From an uncultured Victivallales bacterium (lineage in GTDB: Bacteria; Verrucomicrobiota; Kiritimatiellia; UBA8416; CAYRKB01), in contig CAYRKB010000003.1 of the NCBI GenBank assembly GCA_964424705.1, positions 1,956-65,955 of the forward strand: DNA of 64,000 bases, written 5' to 3'. The notes under the pieces are model-generated. The model was not told where the DNA came from, ran no database searches, and saw nothing but the letters and a program-made list of their open reading frames with translations. This document shows, in pieces, positions 40,270 through 50,135 of this stretch (the stretch's first letter is position 1; the number at the start of each line of letters is the position of its first letter). The position numbers were made by a program, and so were the translations under genes.

Positions 40270-41397
40270 ATGTCACACGACCAGGCAAGCGAAGACGCGA
40301 CGCCCGACGGCCCGTCCCCGCTGGATATTCTGGCCCTGACCTGTGCCCAGGTTGCCGCGGAAATGGAGCGGCGCTATGGCCGGGGGCTGCACCACGCGGC
40401 GGGTCTCTGCCGCGAGGTGTTCAAGCGCGGGCAGACCACGATCGGCGCGGCGCCCGAATTTGGAGGCCCCGCGGAGTGGGCCGAACGGCTCCGTAGCGAT
40501 CTGTGGTTCCCTCCCTGTCGCATTGCCGGGCAGCTGGAGGATGGCGGCGTGGTGAAGTTTGTGACAAGCCTGGCCGACCGCAGGACCATCGAGTCGGTCG
40601 TCATTCCATCCAACGGCCGCAGCACGCTGTGCGTTTCGTCGCAAGTGGGTTGCGCGATGGGCTGCACGTTTTGCGTGACTGGCGCGATGGGATTCATCCG
40701 GCAGCTGGAAGTCCATGAGATCGTCTGGCAGGTGTGGGCCGCACGCTTCCTCCTGGGCTGCGCCGTCGACAATGTGGTCTTCATGGGCATGGGTGAGCCC
40801 CTGGACAACTTCGACAACGTGGTTCAGGCAATTCGCGTTCTGAGCGATCCGCGTGGGCTCGATATCGTCTGCCGCCATATCACGCTCTCCACCGCCGGGC
40901 ATGCGGACGGAATCCGCGGGCTGGCCGGGCTGGGGCTCCCGCACCTGCGCCTGGCGGTATCGATCAACTCGGCGAACGATGCCCGGCGCAGCGAAATCAT
41001 GCCGATCAACAAGATCTATCCTCTGGCCCGGGTTCTGGAGGAACTGCGGGCCTTCCCTCTCGGAAAGAAGGGGGTTGTCTTTGTCGAGTACGTCCTGCTG
41101 GCCGGCGTGAACGACTCGCGCGCTGACGCGCAGGCGCTGGCGAGCTGCCTCCGGGGAATTCCCGTCCGCGTAAACGTCATTCCACTGAACTGCGGAGATT
41201 CCGCCTCTGCGCATGAGAGCCCGGGCCCGGGCCGCGTGGAAGATTTCAAGCGCTGGCTGGTCGACGAGCATCTGTTCGTGCGCTTGCGCCGGCCAAGGGG
41301 CGCTGGCGCCATGGCCGCCTGCGGGCAGCTGGGCGCGGCGGGCGGCCAGATCGCCAGGGATCACGAAGGGAAAACAACAACCGCGAATGAGCGCTAA
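40270..41397 (+). CDS. rlmN: Radical SAM 23S rRNA/tRNA adenine C2-methyltransferase
   Basis: CVSSQVGCAMGCTFCVTG (CxxxCxxC), FMGMGEPLDN and a C-terminal Cys. The architecture is typical of RlmN/Cfr. Confidence 0.85.
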   Translation: MSHDQASEDATPDGPSPLDILALTCAQVAAEMERRYGRGLHHAAGLCREVFKRGQTTIGAAPEFGGPAEWAERLRSDLWFPPCRIAGQLEDGGVVKFVTSLADRRTIESVVIPSNGRSTLCVSSQVGCAMGCTFCVTGAMGFIRQLEVHEIVWQVWAARFLLGCAVDNVVFMGMGEPLDNFDNVVQAIRVLSDPRGLDIVCRHITLSTAGHADGIRGLAGLGLPHLRLAVSINSANDARRSEIMPINKIYPLARVLEELRAFPLGKKGVVFVEYVLLAGVNDSRADAQALASCLRGIPVRVNVIPLNCGDSASAHESPGPGRVEDFKRWLVDEHLFVRLRRPRGAGAMAACGQLGAAGGQIARDHEGKTTTANER

Positions 41398-41670
41398 GGG
41401 ACGCGAAGCCTCTCCCCGCTTGCTCTTTACGTCATCTACGATGCTAGAAGACCGAGAGCCGTTTCGCTTTCCCCTCGCGTGCAGGCTGAGCCGCTTCTTC
41501 CTTTTCACGTCCCTTCGGTGCGCCAGTTACGCGCCTTCCGTCACCATCCAAATAAATCGTCCGCCTTAGTCATAAAGCGGGGAAGCCACACGAGCCTTTC
41601 CAAATCCGTCCGCTCCTGCTACACAGGAGTGAAGCAACATGGGCGTAAGCGGCGCGCAGGGGGCGAGGCA

Positions 41671-43125
41671 ATGAAAGACAAAGCAGATGTGGGGCTGATC
41701 GGCCTGGCCGTGATGGGCGAGAACCTGGTGCTGAACATGGCGGGCAAGGGCTTCACCGTGGCGGCGTACAACCGGACGACGGAGAAGGTGGACGCCTTCG
41801 TGGCCGGGCGGGCGAAGGGGATGAACGTCATCGGCTGCCACAGCGTCCGCGAGCTCTGCGCGAGGCTGGAGCGGCCGCGCAAGATCATGATGCTCGTCAA
41901 GGCCGGCAAGGCCGTGGACGAGCTGGTCGATCAGCTGCTGCCGTGTCTCGAGCCCGGCGACATTCTCATCGACGGCGGCAACAGCCATTTTCGGGATACG
42001 ATCCGCCGCGCGCAGTATGTTGAGAGCAAGGGCCTGCTGTATGTCGGCGCTGGCGTTTCGGGCGGCGAAGAAGGCGCGCTGAAGGGGCCGTCCCTGATGC
42101 CGGGCGGCAGCCCGGCGGCCTGGCCGTACGTGAAGAATATCTTCCAGTCCATTTGCGCCAGGGCGCCGGAGGGCGAGCCGTGCTGCGAGTGGATCGGCGA
42201 GAACGGCGCGGGTCACTTCGTGAAGATGGTTCACAACGGCATCGAGTATGGCGACATGCAGCTCATCTGCGAAACGTATGACCTGCTCAAGCGTGGCCTC
42301 GGGCTATCGAACCGGGAGATGCACGACGTGTTCGCCGTGTGGAACCAAGGCGAGCTCGACAGCTATCTGATCGAGATCACCCGCGACATCCTGGGGTACA
42401 GGGACGAGGGCGGCCGGGAGGTCGTCGACCTGATTCTCGACGCCGCCGGCCAGAAGGGAACGGGCAAATGGGCCATCGACGCGGCGCTGGACGAAGGGCA
42501 GCCGCTGACTCTGATCGGCGAGGCCGTGTTTGCGCGCTGCCTGTCCGCGGCGAAGGGGGAGCGCGTCGCGGCGGCGCAGCAGCTCAAGCCCAAGGCCCGC
42601 GTGTTCAAGGGTGACCGGGCGAAATTCATCAACGACCTGCGCGCGGCGCTTTACGCGTCGAAGATTGTCAGTTACGCGCAGGGCTACCAGCTCATGCGCG
42701 GTGCGGCGGCGACGTACAAGTGGAATCTGAACTACGGCGGGATTGCGCTCGTCTGGCGCGGCGGGTGCATCATCCGTTCCGTCTTTCTTGGCGACATCAA
42801 GAAGGCCTTCGCGCGCGAGCCCGCCCTGGTGAACCTGCTGCTCGACAAATTCTTCAAGAAAGCCGTCGCCAGCCGGCAGGTCGCGTGGCGGCGCGTGATC
42901 GTGGCCGCCACGAAGCTGGGCATCCCCGTGCCGTGTCTCGGCAGCGCGCTGACCTACTTCGACGCCTACAGCAGCGCGCGGCTGCCGGCCAACCTGCTCC
43001 AGGCGCAGCGCGACTACTTTGGCGCCCACACCTATGAGCGTGTGGACAAGCCGCGCGGGGAATTCTTCCATACCAACTGGACCGGCCGCGGCGGCACCAC
43101 CACGGCCAACACTTATGCCGTGTAA
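41671..43125 (+). CDS. gnd: 6-phosphogluconate dehydrogenase, decarboxylating
   Basis: GLIGLAVMGENLVLN NADP-binding fold, then GAGHFVKMVHNGIEYGDMQLI, then WRGGCIIRS. Start at MKDKADVG (41671). Confidence 0.9.
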   Translation: MKDKADVGLIGLAVMGENLVLNMAGKGFTVAAYNRTTEKVDAFVAGRAKGMNVIGCHSVRELCARLERPRKIMMLVKAGKAVDELVDQLLPCLEPGDILIDGGNSHFRDTIRRAQYVESKGLLYVGAGVSGGEEGALKGPSLMPGGSPAAWPYVKNIFQSICARAPEGEPCCEWIGENGAGHFVKMVHNGIEYGDMQLICETYDLLKRGLGLSNREMHDVFAVWNQGELDSYLIEITRDILGYRDEGGREVVDLILDAAGQKGTGKWAIDAALDEGQPLTLIGEAVFARCLSAAKGERVAAAQQLKPKARVFKGDRAKFINDLRAALYASKIVSYAQGYQLMRGAAATYKWNLNYGGIALVWRGGCIIRSVFLGDIKKAFAREPALVNLLLDKFFKKAVASRQVAWRRVIVAATKLGIPVPCLGSALTYFDAYSSARLPANLLQAQRDYFGAHTYERVDKPRGEFFHTNWTGRGGTTTANTYAV

Positions 43126-43196
43126 GGCATTTCCGGCTTGTTTCCGCCCCAAACACCATGTAGTGTCCGCCTTGCTTTTTCTGGAACGCCGCCGTT

Positions 43197-43270
43197 TGCC
43201 GGATAGTGTAATGGTAGCACAACAGACTCTGAATCTGTTTGTCTAGGTTCAAATCCTAGTCCGGCAACCA
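43197..43270 (+). tRNA. tRNA-Gln (anticodon CUG)
   Basis: Cloverleaf resolved by hand. Acceptor stem tgccgga/tccggca, D-arm gtgt..gcac, anticodon stem acaga/tctgt with loop ctCTGaa, T-arm ctagg-ttcaaat-cctag, and a 3' CCA. Confidence 0.8.
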
Positions 43271-44104
43271 TCCTTAACCCCGTGAAATCACTGGAAATCC
43301 CCACATAATTGCCATATCTACGGCCTATTCGTTGTCGCCACGTGTCGGCTCTTGTTCGTTCGTATTCCATCCCAGGTTGGCCTAGTTAAGCCGTGTTAAG
43401 CCGTGCGAGGTCCCTCTCTGCACGCTTCTTGGCCTGCATCCGTCTCAAATCGCCACCACCGCGTACCGGTTGCCCCCTGGCGGCTTGTGGGCGGGTGGCG
43501 CGTGTGTTCGTGCGTCTGGCCTGGTCGGGGCGTTGTGGGGCGTTCTGGCGGCTGCGATGTACGTGATGCCGGGGGTGGTTCGACGGCCTTGGCCTTGCGC
43601 GCCGAGACGTTGGTCAGGTTCTTCTTTGCCGACCGCCGCTCTGTTTCGCGGACGCCCTTGGCGACCGTGATCTTGCCGCTGCGGACGTCCTCGTACAGGT
43701 CGGGCGCCTCGCGCTTGACCATGGCCGCGTCCTGGACCGTCCGGCCCTTCGCGTTTGCGGCCTTGGCGGCCTGGTCGCGGGATGTGGCTGGTTCAACCTC
43801 TGGCAATAAAGAATCCGCCGCCCTTCGCCGGCAGACTTATCAGCGGCGGGAGCGTCGGAAGGTTGGGGCGTTTGGCGTCTAGCGTGGAACAGACCCCCAG
43901 CATCGGGACAATGACAGGCTGCTCGCCCTTGATAGACACTGGCACGAACCACTCAATTAGGGAGGTGGCGGATGACATTCGTGCATAGAGAATATAGTCG
44001 CCCAGTTTCTAAGTCTCTACTGCCTATCACGGATGTGCGCCTGAACACCTCGGAATCGTCTGTTGAGCTGAGAGCAACCGACTACACCTTGCCGGACGTT
44101 CTCG

Positions 44105-44767
44105 CTAAGGACAGATGCCATTCCGCCGCAGTGCTTCCTCGGCTCGCCGCAGCTTATCTGCATCGAGCTGCCGATAAAGCTCCTCTGTGGGGTCTGGTTT
44201 CGCACGCTTTTCCAGAGCGGCATCTGCATCACGCTGTGCTTGGGCTGCAGCTCTCTGCGCATCCTCAGCTCTTCCCTGTGCAATTAATGATTCATCCTCG
44301 GCGTTCTTGGCAGCTGCTTCTGCTTTCTTTGTTCGTTGCTCCAGTTCAACAATCTTGGCAGCTCCCGGATTGGCTTTCGCCCACTCCTCGAACTCCGCCT
44401 TCTTAATGAGAGCCAGTTTCTGCTCTGCGACAGCGACCTGAGTTCTTGCGGTCCTCAGGTAATGCTCCAGCGATGCTCTTGCCGCTTCTCTGGTCTTTGT
44501 CGTTCGCGAAGTCAGGCTGCGCCATGCGTCACGTTGTTGCATCATGGCGTCCAACGTCTTACGAGCAGCGGCGATATCCGGGGAGGCGAGGCCATAAGCT
44601 GTAAGTGACGCATCCAGTTCGTCAGCGCATTGAAGCGCCTTTTCGCGCTGGCTCTTGAGTTCTGCCTGAGTTCTAGCAGCTCTTTCCAACTGTGAATCTG
44701 CGCCAACGGCCAGCGATGTGCCAATCACGAGGACTGCCAAGTAGGAACTAATTCTCATCAACCGCAT
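44105..44767 (-). CDS. Secreted coiled-coil protein, hypothetical
   Basis: Signal peptide, then extended Ala/Glu/Lys/Arg-rich heptad-like sequence. Confidence 0.45.
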   Translation of the reverse strand: MRLMRISSYLAVLVIGTSLAVGADSQLERAARTQAELKSQREKALQCADELDASLTAYGLASPDIAAARKTLDAMMQQRDAWRSLTSRTTKTREAARASLEHYLRTARTQVAVAEQKLALIKKAEFEEWAKANPGAAKIVELEQRTKKAEAAAKNAEDESLIAQGRAEDAQRAAAQAQRDADAALEKRAKPDPTEELYRQLDADKLRRAEEALRRNGICP

Positions 44768-44882
44768 CGCGTTCTCCCTTCACCGTACGAGCTGTGTACA
44801 TCCCCGGCTGCAGTTGGCGGCCGGCATCGCTTGAACATCGGCTGGTTCACTGTTGGCAAACTACCCACAAGGCGCGGGGGAG

Positions 44883-45263
44883 TCAACGGATATGAACCCG
44901 CGATGTGGCCGATCTTCCCGTTAACCAACGGGCGAGCTCGCCCTCCGTGATCTTGGGGTGGGCTCCGGCGTACGGGTGGAAGGCTTGCAGCGAACCAGCG
45001 GCAAGCGTCCTATACAGGGACGGGCGCGACAGACCTGCCCGCTTCGCCGCCGTTGTGATATTCAGTTCGCGCCCTTCAGTGACTGCGTCGTTCCTCGCGT
45101 CACGCCGGAGCCTGTCCACCGCTTCAAGACGCGGATCGTCTTCTGGCAGTGTCGCAATCCGAGTTATGAGTTCCAGCTTGTTCATGTCCATCGAACAGCG
45201 TGATGCCATGAGGTGACGGTCGGCCTGGTCACTGTTGGGAACGTAAGCCCCAGGCGGCGTCAT
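44883..45263 (-). CDS. Small helix-turn-helix DNA-binding protein (Fis/resolvase-type HTH at the centre)
   Basis: ITTAAKRAGLSRPSLYRTL resembles Hin/Fis-type HTH motifs. Start uncertain among several in-frame Met codons. The gene ends 50 bp from island repeat copy A. Confidence 0.5.
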   Translation of the reverse strand: MTPPGAYVPNSDQADRHLMASRCSMDMNKLELITRIATLPEDDPRLEAVDRLRRDARNDAVTEGRELNITTAAKRAGLSRPSLYRTLAAGSLQAFHPYAGAHPKITEGELARWLTGRSATSRVHIR

Positions 45264-45311
45264 GTCAACGCCTGCGCGTCACGCGTTCGGGTGGGCTTCA
45301 ATGTGCGCGGT

Positions 45312-45449
45312 CAGAGGCGTTTGGGAGGCTCAAAGGTATACAGTAAGGTATACAATTTTAGCGCGATGTCTGGAGCCTGTCGGACGCAAAGCACCTCCTT
45401 GCAAGTTCAACGCTACGGGAAATGACGCGGACTTTGCATCCGCTGTAGC
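45312..45449 (+). repeat. 138-bp direct repeat, copy A (left border of accessory island)
   Basis: About 95% identical to 49996-50133. Contains two GTATAC palindromes spaced 6 bp apart (aaaggtatacagtaaggtatacaat). Confidence 0.8.
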
Positions 45450-45562
45450 CCTTTCGCCATCCCGTAGACTGCCGCCGAATCTGACCCGGCAATTGGTGTC
45501 ATCTTCCGCCCTGAATCGGCCTTCCTCTGGTCATCGGCAGGGCATCGTGGTAGCCTCTCCCA

Positions 45563-46744
45563 ATGAGAACCCCGCTCGTTCTTTCCCTCGTCATGGTAGG
45601 TAGCATTCTGGTAGGCACCGTCCATACATCATCAGCGGCGGGAGAGGCTCTGGTTGGCGGCTACTCGAATGCACCGGTCACGAACATGGCGGCGGAGATG
45701 GTCAAGAGCCCCGTGATTCTCAAAGGACTCTTCCGCAACCCCCGCTCGCCAACCAACGGCCTCTCGTCCGCCATGTTGCCTGAGAGAGCCGTCATGCTAA
45801 GCCTCAGATGGCTCCGGGAGATGCAGAATGCCGATGGGTCTTGGAGCACCGACCAAGACCCGAAAGCTGTCGGAACCGCCCTCTCCGTCCTGACACTTCT
45901 CAGCCACGGAGAAACCCCAGCCTCGACAGGATTCGGCGATTCGGTGCGGAAGGGTCTGGAGTTTCTTGTTTCCGCCCAGCAAGAGAATGGCACCTTTGAG
46001 GAAGCAGGTACGCATCCGGCCATCGCCCACGGCATCGTCACTTTGGCCCTCTGTGAAGCCTATGGGATGACAAGGGTCCCAAGGCTGCGTGATGCTGCGG
46101 AGAAGGCATTGGAGGTCATTCTCTCAACCCAGAGAGGAACGGGGCTGTGGGATGCTCAGTATCGGCCCGCTAACGGCGGCGATGACAACCTTGAGGCGTC
46201 TGCGTGGCAAGTCCGAGCGGTGTTCGCAGGCCGCTTGGTGGGGTCGCAAATGAACGGGCTGGCTGAAGCACTGAAGGCCGCCGCCGATGGTTTCGCCGTT
46301 GCCGCTGGAACTCCAGATGCATCGACTGCACCCTTTGCCATTCAGCCGCTCTTGATGCTTCATCGCAACAGGGATGCCGCCTACATTACCGCCCTCGATG
46401 CAATGAAGGGGATGCAGATTGATTGGGCAGAGCCGCAGTGCGACGACCCGATTGTGCATTGGTACTTCACTGGACAGGCTCTCTTCCGGCATGGTGGGGA
46501 GGCGTGTTTTGCGTGGAATCGGTCATCGGTGCCAAACCTCGTTAGCAACCAGACGGTGTCGCAGCGTGAGAAGGGCGGCGGGGTCGGATACTGGGACTCT
46601 CCGGGCAAGGCCGAGAAGTACGGGCGGGTTTACACGACGGCCCTTTGTTCCCTCATGCTTCAGGTCTACAGTATGAGGGCTTACGTGCCTGAGCAGCCCA
46701 AGCAGGATGCAAAGGATGAAGACATCAGAGTTGAAATTAGGTAG
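45563..46744 (+). CDS. Secreted protein: cystatin-like N-terminal module followed by prenyltransferase/squalene-oxidase (QW-type) repeats
   Basis: Signal peptide. The N-terminus ALVGGYSNAPVTN...MLPERAVMLSL parallels the downstream cystatin. Repeats QNADGSWS, QQENGTFEE and TQRGTGLWD are alpha-alpha toroid QW motifs. Confidence 0.6.
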   Translation: MRTPLVLSLVMVGSILVGTVHTSSAAGEALVGGYSNAPVTNMAAEMVKSPVILKGLFRNPRSPTNGLSSAMLPERAVMLSLRWLREMQNADGSWSTDQDPKAVGTALSVLTLLSHGETPASTGFGDSVRKGLEFLVSAQQENGTFEEAGTHPAIAHGIVTLALCEAYGMTRVPRLRDAAEKALEVILSTQRGTGLWDAQYRPANGGDDNLEASAWQVRAVFAGRLVGSQMNGLAEALKAAADGFAVAAGTPDASTAPFAIQPLLMLHRNRDAAYITALDAMKGMQIDWAEPQCDDPIVHWYFTGQALFRHGGEACFAWNRSSVPNLVSNQTVSQREKGGGVGYWDSPGKAEKYGRVYTTALCSLMLQVYSMRAYVPEQPKQDAKDEDIRVEIR

Positions 46745-46771
46745 TCGGTGTTCCGGGGGGTGTCCTTGAGC

Positions 46772-47407
46772 ATGAAACAGAACGTCGCCTCCGTCCTCGT
46801 GCTGACCCTCATCGCCCTGATTGTTGGCACCGCTCAGCCATCACCAGCGGCAGAGACTCTGGTTGGCGGCTACTCCAAGGTATCTGTCACGAACGAACAG
46901 GTCATCGCCGCAGCCCAGTTCGCCGTCAAGACCTTGGCAGCCATGCCGGAGAGGGCGGTTGTTGTCTCCCTTGTCGAGATTAAGGAAGCCGAGCAGCAGG
47001 TCGTGGCGGGAATGAACTACCGGCTGCGGCTCAGGGTGCTGGGGGATGACTTGGTCAGGCAAATGATTGTGGTGGTCTGGTGGCAGGCGTGGAGAAAGCC
47101 AGACCCTTATCGGCTGACATCGTGGGCGTGGAAGCAGGGCGTGCAAATGACGGTGCGCCCAGTCCGGTTCGACCCCAAGGGAGAGCCTCGCAAGGTGTTT
47201 ATTGGCGAGAACACGAACGCCATCAGCACGGTTGAGGAACTGCAAGCACGCATCACGGCTCTGCCAGCGGGAACCGAGCTGTCTTGGAACAGCGGTTGTT
47301 ACCTCTACGAGTTCGTTCCGGTGGGCACGAACCGCATTCCGATGAAGGACTTCGTGAACATGTGCGAGAAGGCTGGGGTGACATTCTCGTATTCCTGCGG
47401 GTTCTGA
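46772..47407 (+). CDS. Cystatin-family cysteine-protease inhibitor-like secreted protein with C-terminal extension
   Basis: After the signal peptide: LVGGYSKVSVTNEQVIAAAQFAVKTL...EQQVVAGMNYRLRLRV. This gives the canonical cystatin G, FAV and QxVxG motifs. A Trp-rich segment follows, then a ~110-aa C-terminal domain. Confidence 0.7.
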   Translation: MKQNVASVLVLTLIALIVGTAQPSPAAETLVGGYSKVSVTNEQVIAAAQFAVKTLAAMPERAVVVSLVEIKEAEQQVVAGMNYRLRLRVLGDDLVRQMIVVVWWQAWRKPDPYRLTSWAWKQGVQMTVRPVRFDPKGEPRKVFIGENTNAISTVEELQARITALPAGTELSWNSGCYLYEFVPVGTNRIPMKDFVNMCEKAGVTFSYSCGF

Positions 47408-47623
47408 GCCGGATGTCTGTTGTGCGCACGGGAGAGGCGGTCTGGCGGCCACTATCTCTTCCACACGCCGGGAACAGATCTCATGGACGTCAGGATGTCA
47501 GTCGCCGATAACTGTAGTAATATATTTATCATAAGATAGTTGCGCACTATATAACATTATCTTGCACTATAACGAGGCAAGTGTTATCGTGCGCTACGAA
47601 GTTGTGATTCGGGAGCTTCTCGT

Positions 47624-48628
47624 ATGAGAGAAATCGTCCAGTCTCTAGCCCGGCATATTGAGGCGGTGGCCGGCCGCGTGCCCAAACTGCAGCCGGTGCC
47701 TGAGGCAATTCATAAACTGCCGGCCTATTTCGGCGGCCTGTATGAGGCGTGGCAAGCCGACTTGTTTGAGCATCGATACCTGTTCCTTGTCAGCAAGGGA
47801 AAGGAGCACTCTACTCCCGCCGAGGTATCGGGGCACTATCGTGTGGCGATGCGGGAAATCCATGACCGGGTAGCTTTTGTCTTCCTGAATCTTGAGGCTT
47901 TCGCACGCCAGCGCCTTGTTCAATACCGCGTGCCGTTCGTCGTTCCGGGCCGGCAAGTGTATCTGCCACAGACCTTGATCGATCTGCGGGAAGGCGCCTC
48001 GGCGCGAACTGGGCAAAGCTCGGAGGAAATCACTTACCTATCGGGCGCGGCCCAGGCCATCCTCCTTTGTTTACTCCAGAAACCGAAGGCGCCTGAATTG
48101 CTCTCACTTCGAGAGTGGTCAGCAGTGCTCGGCTACTCAGCCATGACTGCCACGCGCGCCGCGAGTGAACTAGCCGCGACTCAACTTTGCAGAATCGAAC
48201 CAAGAGGCAGGAAGACGCTCCTGAATTTCGACGACAAGCGTCGTGAGCTGTGGGAGAAGGCCCTGCCTTTTCTTCGCACTCCGGTGCGGGGTCGGTCGTA
48301 TGTGCGGCTGAAGACAAAGGGAGAGTTGCCGTGGTTGCAGGCGGGTCTTCCTGCATTGTCTCGCCATACCATGCTCGCGGACGACGGGCGCCCCGTCTTC
48401 GCCATAGGCACATCGGAATACACCAAGCTTGTGACCGAAAGGCGGGTTCAGGCAATTCCCTTCTGGGAGGAGGATGCTGTGTCGGTTGAGCGGTGGCGAT
48501 ATCGTCCGGGCGTTCTGTCCGGCGGACCAACCGTTGATCGCCTTTCCCTGTATTTGTCCCTATATACCGAACGAGACGAACGGGTGCAGGCAGCACTCAA
48601 AGAGCTGGTGGAGGGTATTCCATGGTGA
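47624..48628 (+). CDS. abiEi: AbiEi-like type IV toxin-antitoxin antitoxin (HTH transcriptional regulator)
   Basis: About 334 aa. It immediately precedes, and overlaps by 7 nt, a nucleotidyltransferase-toxin gene. Size and organisation are typical of AbiEi. Confidence 0.6.
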   Translation: MREIVQSLARHIEAVAGRVPKLQPVPEAIHKLPAYFGGLYEAWQADLFEHRYLFLVSKGKEHSTPAEVSGHYRVAMREIHDRVAFVFLNLEAFARQRLVQYRVPFVVPGRQVYLPQTLIDLREGASARTGQSSEEITYLSGAAQAILLCLLQKPKAPELLSLREWSAVLGYSAMTATRAASELAATQLCRIEPRGRKTLLNFDDKRRELWEKALPFLRTPVRGRSYVRLKTKGELPWLQAGLPALSRHTMLADDGRPVFAIGTSEYTKLVTERRVQAIPFWEEDAVSVERWRYRPGVLSGGPTVDRLSLYLSLYTERDERVQAALKELVEGIPW

Positions 48629-49401
48629 AAGGGTTACAGCGGTTTGTTGACCATTTCAAAGGGTTCGCGGACTCATATGTCCTTATCGGCGGGGCGGCCT
48701 GCGACATCTGGCTGACCGACCGTGGGCTTACATTCCGTGCCACCAAGGACATTGATCTTGTTCTTGTCGTAGAAGCGTTGCGGCCCGCTTTCTTCACATG
48801 CTTCTGGGAATTCATCAGGGGCGGCCGGTACAAGAGTCACCAACAAAGCGCCGTCCGTCCCGTCTTCTACCGTTTCCAGGATCCGATGACGGCCGAGTAT
48901 CCCTACATGATTGAACTCCTGTCCAGAACGGGGCTGGAGTTGCCTGCGGATGCGCGCATCACACCGATTCCCGCCGGCGATGACATTTCCAGTCTCTCGG
49001 CCATCCTGCTGGATGACACCTACTATCGGTTCGTCGTTCAGAGCCGAACGATGGTGAACGGCGTTCCCATTCTCCCGGCCCAATGCCTCATCCCGCTCAA
49101 GGCGCGTGCATGGCTCGACCTTACCGTGCGCAAGGAGCGCGGTGACGTGACTATCAAGAGCGACGACATAAAGAAGCACCGCTACGACGTGTTTCGGCTC
49201 TACCTTTCGATTGCACCGGCCGACCGGTTTGAGCTGCCTCCAAGCATCCTGGCTGATCTTGGCAGCTTCCTCGACAGGCTCCCCCGTGATTCTGCGGACT
49301 GGTCCTCAATACGGGAGGCCGTCGGTAGGTCGGCCCTGCCCGAAACGGCAACAGTTCTTACCCAGATCCGCGCGATCTTCGGACTTCCTGGGAAGGGGTA
49401 A
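48622..49401 (+). CDS. abiEii: AbiEii/AbiGii-family nucleotidyltransferase toxin
   Basis: N-terminal minimal NTase motif YVLIGGAACDIW...RATKDIDLVLVV (hG[GS]...DhD), with a C-terminal helical domain. 259 aa. Confidence 0.7.
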   Translation: MVKGLQRFVDHFKGFADSYVLIGGAACDIWLTDRGLTFRATKDIDLVLVVEALRPAFFTCFWEFIRGGRYKSHQQSAVRPVFYRFQDPMTAEYPYMIELLSRTGLELPADARITPIPAGDDISSLSAILLDDTYYRFVVQSRTMVNGVPILPAQCLIPLKARAWLDLTVRKERGDVTIKSDDIKKHRYDVFRLYLSIAPADRFELPPSILADLGSFLDRLPRDSADWSSIREAVGRSALPETATVLTQIRAIFGLPGKG

Positions 49402-49995
49402 TGCGCGCCGTAAAGTCGGCCCATCGAGCAAAAGATCAATTTCGGGAGGGTGTCGCTTCCAGGACGATCTGCCGGAACCGTATAAGAATGTCGGAGTGCT
49501 TCTCTTGGAGGTATTCCTCAAACAAGGCCCTCAATGGCAGCGGCCTGTTCTGCAGGCGGATTCCTTGCCGATCGAGCAGGTGTATCAGGCTCCAGTTGAG
49601 GGCATGCTGACCGGGTTCGGGATGACGGACCCCTGGGCTTGGCACGCGCGGTGACAGGGCGTTGCCGGAGGCTCTCCCAAAACCCAAAAGTATACAATTC
49701 TGTCCTGGAAGAGTATACAATGACATAATTCCTTAGGAAAGACGCGCGCGCGACCGGCCATTGCAACAGTGGTGATGTAGAAAGGTCACGCGGCAAGCTA
49801 GACTCTTCGGTTGCAACACACGAGGAGCGACATGGCTTTCAAGCGCGTGACCGAGGAAGAACGTAGACTGGTGTCCTATTGGCGTTCCAAGCCGTTCACC
49901 CCTAGCAGCCAACAGCTTACACAAGCGATTGAAGAGCCTGCGCCTGCTCGTTTGCACCCCGTTTGTCGCAACCTGACAATCGACTGCACCCCTGT

Positions 49996-50133
49996 CAGAG
50001 GCGTTTTGGAGGCTCAAAGGTATACGGTAAGGTACACAATGTTAGCGCGATGTCTGGAGCCTGTCGGACGCAAAGCACCTCCCTGCAAGTTCAACGCTAC
50101 GGGAAATGACGCGGACTTTGCATCCGCCGTAGT
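49996..50133 (+). repeat. 138-bp direct repeat, copy B (right border of accessory island)
   Basis: Matches 45312-45449 in the same orientation, including the GTATAC-containing segment. Confidence 0.8.
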
Positions 50134-50135
50134 CC

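Noticed and set aside
43396-43806. 136-aa minus-strand ORF just downstream of tRNA-Gln with a ParB-HTH-like stretch (DLYEDVRSGKITVAKGVRE)
   Set aside because: The similarity is to a short HTH segment only. The remainder is Pro/Arg/Thr-rich low complexity. It is possibly a decayed fragment. Not reported as a gene.
45262-45603. Plus-strand ORFs spanning the 138-bp island repeats (45262-45603 and 49811-50167) that share the peptide EAQRYTVRYT.LARCLEPVGRKAPPCKFNATGNDADFASAV
   Set aside because: The shared peptide is a trivial consequence of the duplicated DNA. The 5' parts differ completely and lack coding signal. Kept only as a note under the GTATACAAT finding.
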